Below, one piece after another: positions 50,907 to 60,330 of a stretch of 64,000 nucleotides of DNA (positions are counted from its first letter, which is position 1; every line of letters begins with the position of its first letter). Source of the DNA: an uncultured virus (IMG/VR IMGVR_UViG_3300006924_000006) (lineage: Duplodnaviria; Heunggongvirae; Uroviricota; Caudoviricetes); the IMG/VR virus record IMGVR_UViG_3300006924_000006; one strand, written 5' to 3'. A program made the translations under genes and the position numbers. The notes beneath the pieces were generated by a model. That model made no database searches and was not told the origin of the DNA. It was given only the letters and a program-made list of their open reading frames with translations.

Positions 50907-52244
50907 CTACCTTCTAACCTTCGGAAGATTTATGGTAAATTCAGAAGATAAGCTGCTTACAACATCGTCCATGGCATTACTCGCTACAGCCTCTGCCTCA
51001 GGCTCATCTACACTTTGATCTGTCCACTGAGGACTTCGAGTGTCGGTCTCTTTCTTAATATCCGGAGATTTCAGTAAAGCTAGCTCAGAAACGTCTGCGC
51101 TCTCTATGTCTTCAAGAAACTTAAGAAGCCCACCCCAATTGCCGGCATATTCTCCTGGCCTAGATACGCCTTTTACCGAAACAAGAGAGTGTCCCTTGCC
51201 CCAATTCATAGCACTGTCCACGGCAGTCCCTACTGGCAGCAGGTACTTTTCTTTTCTAGTTAAAAATGTCCTCAAAGCAGCGGCCGTATTTCTTCCCCAC
51301 TTTCCGTCAGCGCTGGCCCCGATAATCTTTTGGATCTCTTCTAGACTATTGCTTGTTCTTTCTGCTTTAGCCATAGACTCAGTCTCTTCCGAAGCAGTCG
51401 CCCAAGGAAGAGGGGTGCCATTTATTTTGTGAGCGAGAATTGTCTCTAGCACATCGCCAACCTTGTTTCCTCTCCAGTCAAAGAAAGCACCTCTCTGGCC
51501 TCCTTCATATAAGGGTCGATTAAGATCTCCGACCTTAGCCCTAAACTCATCCCAGTCTCTTTCGGCTGGGGCATAAAGCTCGCTAGCCTTAGCGCCTCTA
51601 ATCTCAGGGCCAAACTCTTCAAGTATATCAATAATGCTTATCTCTGCATACTCAGAGCCATCAAGGTCATGCCTGGAAAGATTTGTGGCCTCTTTCCGGA
51701 TAGCCGCCATTGCCACAATCACGTCAAGCCTGTCTGCCAATCCTGTTTCACCAATTTCATCTAAACGATTTGCTATCTTCTGTAGCTCCCCAAGTATAGT
51801 CATTTCCTTTTCTCCAAAAGCATCAATTGATGCCAGCGCTTTCATTCCGCCTTGTATTAGTGATTCTGCCTGTCTCTCTGCCGCCTCTGCTGCGCCCTCG
51901 CCGCCAGGGAAGCCCTTCTCTGAGTCAAAATCCTCAATGTGTCCATATTCATGAACCAGTGTTTTTGCTACCATTTCTACAATTGAATTTATCTCATCTT
52001 CACCAGCATTAGGCGGAAACTTAGAAAGAACAAAGTGTATCTTGTCTATCTTTCCATCATTATTTTTATCTTCAGAAGAAACATACGCTATAGCGTTTGG
52101 ATTATCCGCAGGAGGACTCTGCTCCCATACTATCTGATTTACGTTGTTTAACATAGCAACAATCTCTGGCCTTAGACCTAAGGCTTTAACCTTATTTACG
52201 ACTGTCGGCCAATAGTGCGGCCCGTGTGCCTTCTTCTCAAACAT
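50907..52244 (-). CDS. HExxH metalloprotease-like protein with PG-binding-like motif
   Basis: LVHEYGH...E; EIQKIIGASADGKWGRNT; LQKIANRLDEIG motif. Confidence 0.6.
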   Translation of the reverse strand: MFEKKAHGPHYWPTVVNKVKALGLRPEIVAMLNNVNQIVWEQSPPADNPNAIAYVSSEDKNNDGKIDKIHFVLSKFPPNAGEDEINSIVEMVAKTLVHEYGHIEDFDSEKGFPGGEGAAEAAERQAESLIQGGMKALASIDAFGEKEMTILGELQKIANRLDEIGETGLADRLDVIVAMAAIRKEATNLSRHDLDGSEYAEISIIDILEEFGPEIRGAKASELYAPAERDWDEFRAKVGDLNRPLYEGGQRGAFFDWRGNKVGDVLETILAHKINGTPLPWATASEETESMAKAERTSNSLEEIQKIIGASADGKWGRNTAAALRTFLTRKEKYLLPVGTAVDSAMNWGKGHSLVSVKGVSRPGEYAGNWGGLLKFLEDIESADVSELALLKSPDIKKETDTRSPQWTDQSVDEPEAEAVASNAMDDVVSSLSSEFTINLPKVRR

Positions 52245-52276
52245 GTGCCCCTCAGATTTTATTGCTAAAAATAATG

Positions 52277-52681
52277 CTAATATGTTCTCGCCTTTTTAGG
52301 CTTTATATAGCGAGTAGTTGTTCCAATAATATCAATAGAATCTTGTCTAATAATAGAAAAGAAGAAATGAAATGGCCTTCCAGCTGCGGATTCCCTTCTG
52401 ATCTCAACCCACATTCTTTTCTTGGATGCTATATCAGATTGATTTGACAGGAACATATGAACTACGCCATCGCTATTCGCCTTAAAGTCTTGAGCGATTA
52501 CCTCATTTAATTCCGGATTATTTAAATCATACAGAACGTCTCTTCTGTCGCCCCACTCTTTACCAAAATATTTTCTATACTTTAGCCTGACAGTGGTCGA
52601 TACTCTAATCGGTAGCTGACTTTTGCTATCAGTTACACCCGACTCTTCTAGCCCAGCCTTTTTTATAAACCCTTTCTTCAT
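52277..52681 (-). CDS. Hypothetical protein
   Basis: 134-aa ORF. Confidence 0.6.
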   Translation of the reverse strand: MKKGFIKKAGLEESGVTDSKSQLPIRVSTTVRLKYRKYFGKEWGDRRDVLYDLNNPELNEVIAQDFKANSDGVVHMFLSNQSDIASKKRMWVEIRRESAAGRPFHFFFSIIRQDSIDIIGTTTRYIKPKKARTY

Positions 52682-52719
52682 AAAACTGCCTTATGCCTTA
52701 TGTGACCATATTACTAGAT

Positions 52720-52755
52720 AAAAAAAGGGCTTCGGCAAATTGCCGAAGCCCTTTT
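52720..52755 (-). terminator. Intrinsic (likely bidirectional) terminator
   Basis: AAAAAAGGGCTTCGGCA-AAT-TGCCGAAGCCCTTTT. Confidence 0.85.
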
Positions 52756-52773
52756 CGATAGGCTCTTTGTTAA

Positions 52774-53046
52774 TTAAAGAGCAACATAGTAAGCTAGCAT
52801 CTTGTATACAGAATCCACATCTTCAAATTTCGGATTCCTCACTGGCTTAGGAGGAGCCTTGAGCCCTAGCCTTACCTCGGCTACTCCTTCGCTCTTATAA
52901 AAAGGCTCAACTTTATTTCGAGCAACTGCCATAATTGAGCCATCAAAACTGATTAGTAGCGTATCGCTAATCTCCGGATTCTCATCCCACGCAAATTTTC
53001 CAAAGTAATTCTTATGAACAGGTTCTTCCAACCAAATATATTCCAC
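52774..53046 (-). CDS. Hypothetical protein
   Basis: 90-aa ORF. Confidence 0.55.
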   Translation of the reverse strand: MEYIWLEEPVHKNYFGKFAWDENPEISDTLLISFDGSIMAVARNKVEPFYKSEGVAEVRLGLKAPPKPVRNPKFEDVDSVYKMLAYYVAL

Positions 53047-53079
53047 GTTTTTCCCAATCTTAATATCTAAATATTGAGC

Positions 53080-53934
53080 CTAAAAAGGCACATCGTTATT
53101 CTTCTCCTGCAATCTCTCGCGCTCTTTCATTCTCCGCTCAATGGCATTAAGCACATATTGTGACTGTGTTCCCATAATAGACGTCAAAAGATGAATCGGA
53201 AGCTCTTTCGCTAGCAAATGAAGAACCTGTTCATATTTAGAATCGCTAATAGAGAGAAGCAGCTCATCGTAGTTTGGATACAAAGACTTGTTAGCGATAA
53301 TTGCCCTAACTCCATCGTAAGAAGCACTAGAACTTGATTCGCTTCGTATCTTTCTCGCCTGCTTCTTTGTAAGAGAACCTGTCTTTATATATTCCCTGTA
53401 CCAAATCGACCGCCACGAATGATGTGGCTTTGGTACTTGTGAAAATAATTCTTTTTCCGCCAACTCCTTAATTGCTTTTGGGTTCTCCACTATACACTTT
53501 GCAAGAATGCCGCGTATTCCTCTTGGAATCCAAGTTGCGGACCTTCCTGCTCCGGAAGAATAAACCTTATTAAAAAGATCAAGCCACACAAATTCCGAGA
53601 CTTTTTCCGCCGCAATATGCGTATACGATGAAGAGTCATTCGCAATTTCTCTAAGATTAGATTTAATATATTCGCTAGAAGTATATTTCTCTATAGCATT
53701 CTTCAGAAAAGAAGATTTAAAGACCTCTTCTTCTGGAACTAGCTTTATTAGAACCCTGAAGATATCCCCTGTCGCCTTATCGTCTAGAGAAAGGGAGTTC
53801 AGAAATACATCTAAATGCCCGGTTTTAAACGCTGACAGCCTAATCTCCGAGAGATTCAAATGGTTATTAGCATAATTAGATCTTCCAAAAAGTCTTTCTG
53901 CGCCAATCCCTGCAAGCTCACTGAGAACATCCAT
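53080..53934 (-). CDS. Alpha-helical repeat-like hypothetical protein (paralog family)
   Basis: GGAGG SD; shared C-terminal pattern. Confidence 0.6.
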   Translation of the reverse strand: MDVLSELAGIGAERLFGRSNYANNHLNLSEIRLSAFKTGHLDVFLNSLSLDDKATGDIFRVLIKLVPEEEVFKSSFLKNAIEKYTSSEYIKSNLREIANDSSSYTHIAAEKVSEFVWLDLFNKVYSSGAGRSATWIPRGIRGILAKCIVENPKAIKELAEKELFSQVPKPHHSWRSIWYREYIKTGSLTKKQARKIRSESSSSASYDGVRAIIANKSLYPNYDELLLSISDSKYEQVLHLLAKELPIHLLTSIMGTQSQYVLNAIERRMKERERLQEKNNDVPF

Positions 53935-54181
53935 TTAGAACCTCCTTAACTGCAGCGTCAAATACAAGCCTATTATCCTTTAATACCCGAACCTTGCTTT
54001 CGTCAGAAAGCCACTCCCAGGATTTGAGAATTTCCGGAAGAGGAAGTGTGAAAAACTCCTCTCGAAGAGTTTTATGTTCGCTATTATAAGCGTTTTGAAT
54101 GGAGTTGATAGCAATAGCTACCAACATACTTCTGACATCCTCTGTACTGCGTAATTTTGCGGATTCTACTTCCCTTGACAT
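53918..54181 (-). CDS. Hypothetical protein
   Basis: 87-aa ORF after promoter motif copy 3. Confidence 0.6.
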   Translation of the reverse strand: MSREVESAKLRSTEDVRSMLVAIAINSIQNAYNSEHKTLREEFFTLPLPEILKSWEWLSDESKVRVLKDNRLVFDAAVKEVLNGCSQ

Positions 54182-54214
54182 ATTTTCCCTTTCTTCTTCA
54201 TAAGTGTCTGCCCA

Positions 54215-54242
54215 GATATAGTATAGGGCAAGAGCATATTAC
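54215..54242 (-). promoter_or_regulatory. Repeated bipartite promoter-like motif, copy 3
   Basis: GTAAT-ATGCTCTTGCCCTAT-ACTATATC. Confidence 0.75.
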
Positions 54243-54256
54243 AATTTTTTTGAAAC

Positions 54257-55855
54257 CTAATCTGCCGGCGAATCATAAATCGCTACTTCCGTAGTAAGCA
54301 GAATTCCGCCAGATGAAGCAGCGTTTTCAAGGCCGGTCCGAACGACCTTGACCGGATCGATGATTCCAGCCTCTACCATATCCTCTTTGAGAGAGCCCTC
54401 TAGGGCGTCAAATCCCATTAGAGCTGAACCAGAACTGATAATCTTTTCCATATGCAAATGATATTCCATTCCAGCATTTTTTAGAATCTGTATAAAAGGA
54501 GCCCTCATTGCATACCCCACAACCTCGCATCCAACGATCTCCTCTGTAGTCAAATTCGACGTTAGCTTAAAGGCCTCTAGAGCAGGTAGACAGTGAAGCA
54601 GTGCCGCGCCGCCACCAGGGACAATTCCCTCTTCAATTGCCGCCTTAACAGCATTAATTGCGTCTTCCACCCTATCCTTCTTCTCTTTGACTTCCGCCTC
54701 AGATACTCCGCCTACTTTAAAGATAGCAATGGAACCAGTTAGAGCAGACAACCTTTGCTTAATCGCAGCAATCTCATACCCCTCAAGCCTTGAGTCTTCC
54801 GCTCTAACCTTAATGGAATTAACACGCTCCTCTACAGAGGCTTCTGTTCCCGCTCCATCTACAATCGTTGTGTCGTCCCTAGAGACAACAACTCTTCGAG
54901 CAGAGCCTAGATCTGCTATCGTAACAGACTCAAGCGGAGAGCCTGCTTCGTTTGTAAGCAATGTAGCGTTGCAGACTGTGGCAATATCTCCGAGAATATC
55001 TCTTCGCATATCTCCAAACCCCGGCGCCCTAACCGCACAAGACTCCAAGGTCTTGCGTGCCTTATTTAAGACTAAGGTCTGCAGAGCCTCTCCCTCTACA
55101 GTTTGTGCAATAATAAGAAGCGGCCTTGCCGACTCTGCCGCTGCTTGTGCAACTGACATTATCTCAGATGTAAGAGCAATTCTTCCATCATACACCAGTA
55201 TTAGCGGATTAGCAAACTCCACTGTCATTCTGTCTAAATTCGTTGAAAAAATAGGAGAGATATAACCTCGGTCAAATGAAAGACCTTCGGAATAAGAAAC
55301 ACTAGTTTCTGCTCCTGCAGACTCCTCTACCGAAATCAAGCCATGATCTCCAACCGCAGAGACAACCTTTCCAATCAAGCCTCCTAGCTTCTCATCATTA
55401 TTTGCCGAGATAACCGCAACACTATTTATAATTTCCTCGCTTGAAACTTCCTTGGAAAGCTCTTTGAGCCTTGCGGATACAACTTCTACCGCCCTATCTA
55501 TACCTCGCTTTATTAAGACTGGATTGTGTCCTGCTGCGACCATCTTCGAGCCTTCAGTGTAAATAGCTTGAGCCAAAACAGTAGCAGTAGTAGTTCCATC
55601 TCCTGCAAGGGAGTTTGTAGAAGAGGCAACGCTCTTGATTAACTCCGCTCCCATATTCTGTACTCTATCGCCAAGCGTAATTGCCCTAGCAACTGTTACT
55701 CCGTCTTTGGTAATTAGCGGCGGACCAAACGCCCTCTCTATTGCAGCGTGCCTGCCTCTCGGACCAAGAGTGGCCTTAACTGCGTTCGCAAGTATATCTA
55801 GCCCTTCCTGTAAACCAGCCCTAGCCTTTGTATCAAACTCAACCTCTTTAGACAT
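54257..55855 (-). CDS. groEL: Chaperonin GroEL (no GGM tail)
   Basis: AVKATLGPRG, ITKDGVTVA, GDGTTTATVLA, APGFGD, EEGIVPGGG, GIIDPVKV. Confidence 0.97.
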   Translation of the reverse strand: MSKEVEFDTKARAGLQEGLDILANAVKATLGPRGRHAAIERAFGPPLITKDGVTVARAITLGDRVQNMGAELIKSVASSTNSLAGDGTTTATVLAQAIYTEGSKMVAAGHNPVLIKRGIDRAVEVVSARLKELSKEVSSEEIINSVAVISANNDEKLGGLIGKVVSAVGDHGLISVEESAGAETSVSYSEGLSFDRGYISPIFSTNLDRMTVEFANPLILVYDGRIALTSEIMSVAQAAAESARPLLIIAQTVEGEALQTLVLNKARKTLESCAVRAPGFGDMRRDILGDIATVCNATLLTNEAGSPLESVTIADLGSARRVVVSRDDTTIVDGAGTEASVEERVNSIKVRAEDSRLEGYEIAAIKQRLSALTGSIAIFKVGGVSEAEVKEKKDRVEDAINAVKAAIEEGIVPGGGAALLHCLPALEAFKLTSNLTTEEIVGCEVVGYAMRAPFIQILKNAGMEYHLHMEKIISSGSALMGFDALEGSLKEDMVEAGIIDPVKVVRTGLENAASSGGILLTTEVAIYDSPAD

Positions 55856-55900
55856 GCGTCTTCTCCTTTAACCTCATATTACCTATAGGTCGTGCGCTTC

Positions 55901-56248
55901 TCAAGCTCCCTCTGGGGCTTCTGCCTCTTTTTCTATAAGAGACTCCTCTTTCGCCTGAGCTTCTTTCGCGGCCTTCTCTTTGGCCTTTTGCTCTTCCGCT
56001 CTTTCAATTCTCTTAATTCGACCTGTAATTCTCTCTGTAGCAAAAACAAGCTCGTCTTCGTCAAGCTCATCTGCAAAAAAATAAAAAATAGCCTTTCCAC
56101 CTTCTGTAAGAGAGGCTTCAAGAGTCTCAAGCTCTTCCTTTATAACATTAATTCTCATCATCTCCCTCAAAAGGGTCTGCCCGGACTCTAACAGAGTCTT
56201 ATCATCGATACCGTTAATCATATCCCGAAAGTCATTAAGTTTTGGCAT
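55901..56248 (-). CDS. Hypothetical charged helical protein
   Basis: 115-aa ORF. Confidence 0.6.
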   Translation of the reverse strand: MPKLNDFRDMINGIDDKTLLESGQTLLREMMRINVIKEELETLEASLTEGGKAIFYFFADELDEDELVFATERITGRIKRIERAEEQKAKEKAAKEAQAKEESLIEKEAEAPEGA

Positions 56249-56309
56249 TTTCTTCCTTTTCTGTACTGCTACTAATAATCTTTCCTTCTATACAAAGGAA
56301 TAAGTTAAT

Positions 56310-57272
56310 ATGCTTAATAGATTAAACTCTTTGGAAGCCTATCTCGATGAAGTAGGTCAAAAAGATTCCTCTAATGCTGTTGGATCTCTCTTAAAAATCT
56401 GCGAAGCAAATAGCCTCTCTCTCTTCGATATAAGCAATCCTCAGCTAAAAGCGTGGGATGACTTGCTCCTCAAAATGTATCGTCCTTCGTCGCTTGTCTT
56501 TGAAATAAAAGAAGTTGGAAAGGCCTTATCTGTTCCAGCAAGCAAGCTTTCCGCCTCACTTGAGAAGCTGAACGTCCCAAAGGACGTAGCAAAAAAAGAA
56601 GAGCTAATACAAACGCTGGCCTCAATTAAGCTAGAAAAAAAATTTGACGAAATTGTCAAATCGGCTGACTGGAAATCTATGCTCTTAAAGGGAGACAGCA
56701 CAAAGATTAAACCAAAGTTTTTCGGAAGAGCAGTTCCAGTCGCCGGCGCCCTCATTACTATTGGCGCAGCCACAAAAAATATAACAGAAGCAATTGGCAA
56801 TGCCAAAGTTATTATGAACGAACTTCCTTTGGAGAAATACAATCTATCTCTCACTAAGATATTTTCCCCTGCAGCAGTTGCAATTGGAAGCATTCTATCT
56901 GATCAGATCGAACAAAATAAAGATAATCCAGAGAATCTCTCGGAACTTCTAGACGTTTGCAGAGTTATATCCGCCTTTTATATGGATTTTATATTTGCTC
57001 TATCAAATAGTGTTATGATGGTAATTGACATTCTAACCGCGCTCTCTGCTCTTCTCGATGGCCCACTTCCAATTGCAGATGTACTTGCTGGTTTGGTTGG
57101 GTTCGTATTGAGCATGGGAATCATCGGAGCAGAACTCGGAAGCGAATACCTATCCGAAAAATACTGGAAGAATCATTTTGCCAAGATTAAATCTATAGCG
57201 ATTGAAAATATCCAGAGGATAGAGAAGTCTTTCTCTACTGCTGAGGATGCTCAGTTGGAGCCTGCTTCCTAG
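56310..57272 (+). CDS. Hypothetical protein with C-terminal hydrophobic hairpin; the only credible plus-strand gene
   Basis: AAGGA SD; 320 aa; hydrophobic stretches flanking DGPLPIAD. Confidence 0.75.
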   Translation: MLNRLNSLEAYLDEVGQKDSSNAVGSLLKICEANSLSLFDISNPQLKAWDDLLLKMYRPSSLVFEIKEVGKALSVPASKLSASLEKLNVPKDVAKKEELIQTLASIKLEKKFDEIVKSADWKSMLLKGDSTKIKPKFFGRAVPVAGALITIGAATKNITEAIGNAKVIMNELPLEKYNLSLTKIFSPAAVAIGSILSDQIEQNKDNPENLSELLDVCRVISAFYMDFIFALSNSVMMVIDILTALSALLDGPLPIADVLAGLVGFVLSMGIIGAELGSEYLSEKYWKNHFAKIKSIAIENIQRIEKSFSTAEDAQLEPAS

Positions 57273-57412
57273 CAAGAGAGCCTTTCCGGTTCCACCAACT
57301 AAGCCACTCTCGCTCCCACTCTTCGCGATTAACGCGAATTTTGCGCGTTCCTCTTTTCACAAAATAAACAGTAACAGGCCCAACTTCTTCTTCATTTGTC
57401 ATATACTATCTC

Positions 57413-57961
57413 CTATTTGTTCTGAAAAAACTGTCTGCAGTATTCACTCATAACCGCAGTTCCAGCGTGACTAACATTTAGACAATAACCGAGACCATTC
57501 ATTGGAATAAAAATAGAATCATTCTTTAGCGAAATCTCAGCCGGAACACCCGTCTCTTCATTTCCTAAGACAAGCACGATTTTCTCTTCAAAGTTGAACT
57601 TGTAATCGAAAACACTTTCTGCATCTTCAGTCAGTTCAACCGCAACTCTTTTATATGAGTTATTGTCGCAGAACTCATTAAAGTACATCGGATTAGAAAA
57701 TGTCTTAAATCGCATATAATCATATAGCGAACCGGACCTCGGATTTAGAAAGCTTCTATCCGGCAATGAGCCCATTACGAATATGTCTCTAACCCCAAAA
57801 CATGCCGCACTTCTTATTAGAAACGCTAAATTTTCATCAAAAGAAAAACTGACCGTAGCTATTGCCAGCGGAACCTCTATAGCATCCTTTATCTTCTCGC
57901 TATATCGCTCACGCCTTGTTTTGCTTCTTTTTGTGTCTAGAAACATCGGACTTCCAATCAT
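57413..57961 (-). CDS. SpoU/TrmH-family RNA 2'-O-methyltransferase
   Basis: ENLAFLIRSAACFG, VLGNEETGV, IPMNG...LNVSHA. Confidence 0.88.
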   Translation of the reverse strand: MIGSPMFLDTKRSKTRRERYSEKIKDAIEVPLAIATVSFSFDENLAFLIRSAACFGVRDIFVMGSLPDRSFLNPRSGSLYDYMRFKTFSNPMYFNEFCDNNSYKRVAVELTEDAESVFDYKFNFEEKIVLVLGNEETGVPAEISLKNDSIFIPMNGLGYCLNVSHAGTAVMSEYCRQFFQNK

Positions 57962-58420
57962 CTAATCGTTTGTAGAAATCACCTTATAAACTCTGCCAAA
58001 CTTTGAGAACTTTTCTCCGAACGAAAGAAGTCTGGCCAGCTTTAAAGCGAAATCTCCCTCCTCATCCTTGTAAGAAGGATTCAGCGCTTTCATCGCAGAC
58101 TCCAACTCCTCTTTTGAGGAGCTCCACTTTGCCACAAACTCTTCCGGACTCATATTTGCTGCGGCGAAAAAATAACTTCGATAATCACTCAGATTTGCCG
58201 CAGTTACCCCCTCCTCTTTCGACCACGCTCTTTCTTCTTCCGTTGTCTTTTTAGACTTAGACGCCGTAGAGAGAACTACATCTTGCGAAAGATCTAACAC
58301 ATCAGTGTCTGACCACCCGAAATATATATTGGTTATATTATTCTCGGCAGGAACTCGCTCTTCTTTGTAGGCATAAAGTTTGCTAACTTTGTATTTAGAC
58401 TTGAAATCTGCAAGCCCCAT
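57962..58420 (-). CDS. Hypothetical protein
   Basis: Likely ATG start (MGLADF) right after the glutamine synthetase stop, with GGAGG SD. Confidence 0.6.
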   Translation of the reverse strand: MGLADFKSKYKVSKLYAYKEERVPAENNITNIYFGWSDTDVLDLSQDVVLSTASKSKKTTEEERAWSKEEGVTAANLSDYRSYFFAAANMSPEEFVAKWSSSKEELESAMKALNPSYKDEEGDFALKLARLLSFGEKFSKFGRVYKVISTND

Positions 58421-58421
58421 T

Positions 58422-59465
58422 CTACTCCTCCGCTGAGCACACCACAGAGATGAGAGTAGCCGCAACTCTATATGGATTTGCGTTTGAATTAGGACGCCTA
58501 TCTTCGAAGTATCCCGCGCCGGCCCGCTTTACATGCCAAGGAATTCTGACTGACGCACTACGATCTGAGACTCCAACGCGAAACTCATCAAGGCTACAAG
58601 TCTCATGTTTGCCAGTAAGCCTTCTCTCTAAGCCGACTCCATAAGTGGACTTCGCCAAGTCAATCGCACTCTCTTCCGCTAAAGCCTCGCACGCTTTATT
58701 AATGGGAGTTATCCCACCAGCCTCACGCATAGATGCCGTACTAAAGTTGGAGTGCAAGCCGCTTCCATTCCAATCTCCGCAAACAGGCTTCGGGTCTAGA
58801 CTTATGCTTACTTCCTGTAACTCACAGACTCTCTGCAAAATAAACCTAGCCACCCAAAGATGGTCACAAGCCTGCACTGCATTAGTTCCTGGGCCACCTA
58901 TTTGGTACTCCCACTGTCCAAGCGCAACCTCTGCGTTGATTCCTACGATTGAAAGCCCAGAATTAATACAGGAGTTAAGATGTAGCTCAGAAAGATTCCG
59001 GCCGACAACATTCTCTGCTCCTACTGCACAATAATAAGGACCTTGTGGCCTCATATCTTCAGAGTGGCCTAACGGCTCATCATCTTTCATCATAAAGTAT
59101 TCTTGCTCAAATCCAATAACGGGGTCCTTATCATTGTGCTTGAGCATTTCGTCAATCAGCCTTGCCCTATAATTGGTCTCGTGTGGAGTCATATCCGTAT
59201 TTAGAACATCACAAAGAACAAGGACTCCATTTTCACGATTTGAGTCTAAACACGCAAAAACTGGCCTTAAAACTAAATCTGATTCATTTGATTCCGCCTG
59301 CTTCGTGCTAGAGCCATCAAAGCTCCAAACTGGCAAATCCTTTAGAGAAAGGGTCCACTCTTTCTCTTCCGTTGAAAGGGTAAGAACCCTGGTCTTTGAC
59401 CTTAACTCCTGAGTCTCATATCCGTCGAGCCAAATATATTCTGCCTTTATGGTAGTTCTGTTCAT
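58422..59465 (-). CDS. glnII: Glutamine synthetase type II
   Basis: AEYIWLDG, LRSKTR, WSFDGSST, GFEQEY, PQGPYYC, GINAEV..GQWEYQ, DWNGSGLH, RLTGKHET, YFEDRRP. Confidence 0.95.
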   Translation of the reverse strand: MNRTTIKAEYIWLDGYETQELRSKTRVLTLSTEEKEWTLSLKDLPVWSFDGSSTKQAESNESDLVLRPVFACLDSNRENGVLVLCDVLNTDMTPHETNYRARLIDEMLKHNDKDPVIGFEQEYFMMKDDEPLGHSEDMRPQGPYYCAVGAENVVGRNLSELHLNSCINSGLSIVGINAEVALGQWEYQIGGPGTNAVQACDHLWVARFILQRVCELQEVSISLDPKPVCGDWNGSGLHSNFSTASMREAGGITPINKACEALAEESAIDLAKSTYGVGLERRLTGKHETCSLDEFRVGVSDRSASVRIPWHVKRAGAGYFEDRRPNSNANPYRVAATLISVVCSAEE

Positions 59466-59472
59466 CTTTATC

Positions 59473-60330
59473 CTATTGTAAATTCAAAAAAGTTTCTTCA
59501 TACTCATCTAATGTCTTTTGCTTTAGCATAGACGCAAAGCTCATAGAGTGAAAGTCATTAGAAATACTGCTCATGTCTAAAACAGATTTTGTATAAACGA
59601 TCTTACTCTCTTCGCCCTTTAGATCAATAAACTTTATCAGGCTATAGCTTTTCTCATAAGCCTTGCGAAACGTATCATCCTTCAGCTTCTGACTCAAAAG
59701 GCCTTCTGTCTCCAATATTTTAGAAGCAGTCTTCTTTCCGACTCCCCTTACCCCAGGAATATTGTCAGCCTTATCTCCCACCATTGCCTTCCAGGAAACA
59801 TAATCATAGCTCGTATTTTCACGATACTTTTTGGAAATAGGATTATAAAGCTTTACAGTGTCCGGATACTTATTAAGAAGCTGAATAAAATCAGTATCAG
59901 AAGAGATTATCGTTACGTCATCGTCCCTATGAAAGTAATCAATAATATACTGAACTAAATCATCGCATTCTTGCTCTGGATGGAATACAGTTCTGATGGG
60001 ATAATCCTTTTGAACAGAAGAGATTATCTTTCTCTTCTGCCTATGGAAAGACTCCCAATATTTAACGATATCTGGATTATCCGTATCTATCTTGCGATTT
60101 CCCTTATAGTTGGGGTCTGCCTCCAACCTCGCTGCGGGCTTTCCGTCTAACGGAAAATAAACAATATCTGGAGAAAATCTAGATACAGTCGCCCTGAGAG
60201 TCCTAAAAAAGTTGTAAACAATCTGGTGCTCTCCGTCAGCCAAACCACCGCCCCACTGAAAGCGGCACCTATGAATCATATTATAGGCATCAATGATCAG
60301 AATTTTTTTAGATAATGCTTTTGATATCAA
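59473..60330 (-). CDS. 5'-3' exonuclease/flap endonuclease (T4 RNase H or PolI N-domain-like)
   Basis: IIDAYN, YKGNR, ECDD, SSDTDFIQL, GDKADNIPGVRGVGKKTA; likely TTG start at 60330 after AAGGAG. Confidence 0.92.
   Translation of the reverse strand: MISKALSKKILIIDAYNMIHRCRFQWGGGLADGEHQIVYNFFRTLRATVSRFSPDIVYFPLDGKPAARLEADPNYKGNRKIDTDNPDIVKYWESFHRQKRKIISSVQKDYPIRTVFHPEQECDDLVQYIIDYFHRDDDVTIISSDTDFIQLLNKYPDTVKLYNPISKKYRENTSYDYVSWKAMVGDKADNIPGVRGVGKKTASKILETEGLLSQKLKDDTFRKAYEKSYSLIKFIDLKGEESKIVYTKSVLDMSSISNDFHSMSFASMLKQKTLDEYEETFLNLQ

Noticed and set aside
55901..56248. GroES next to groEL
   Set aside because: Charged helical sequence with no PLxDRV or mobile-loop motif.
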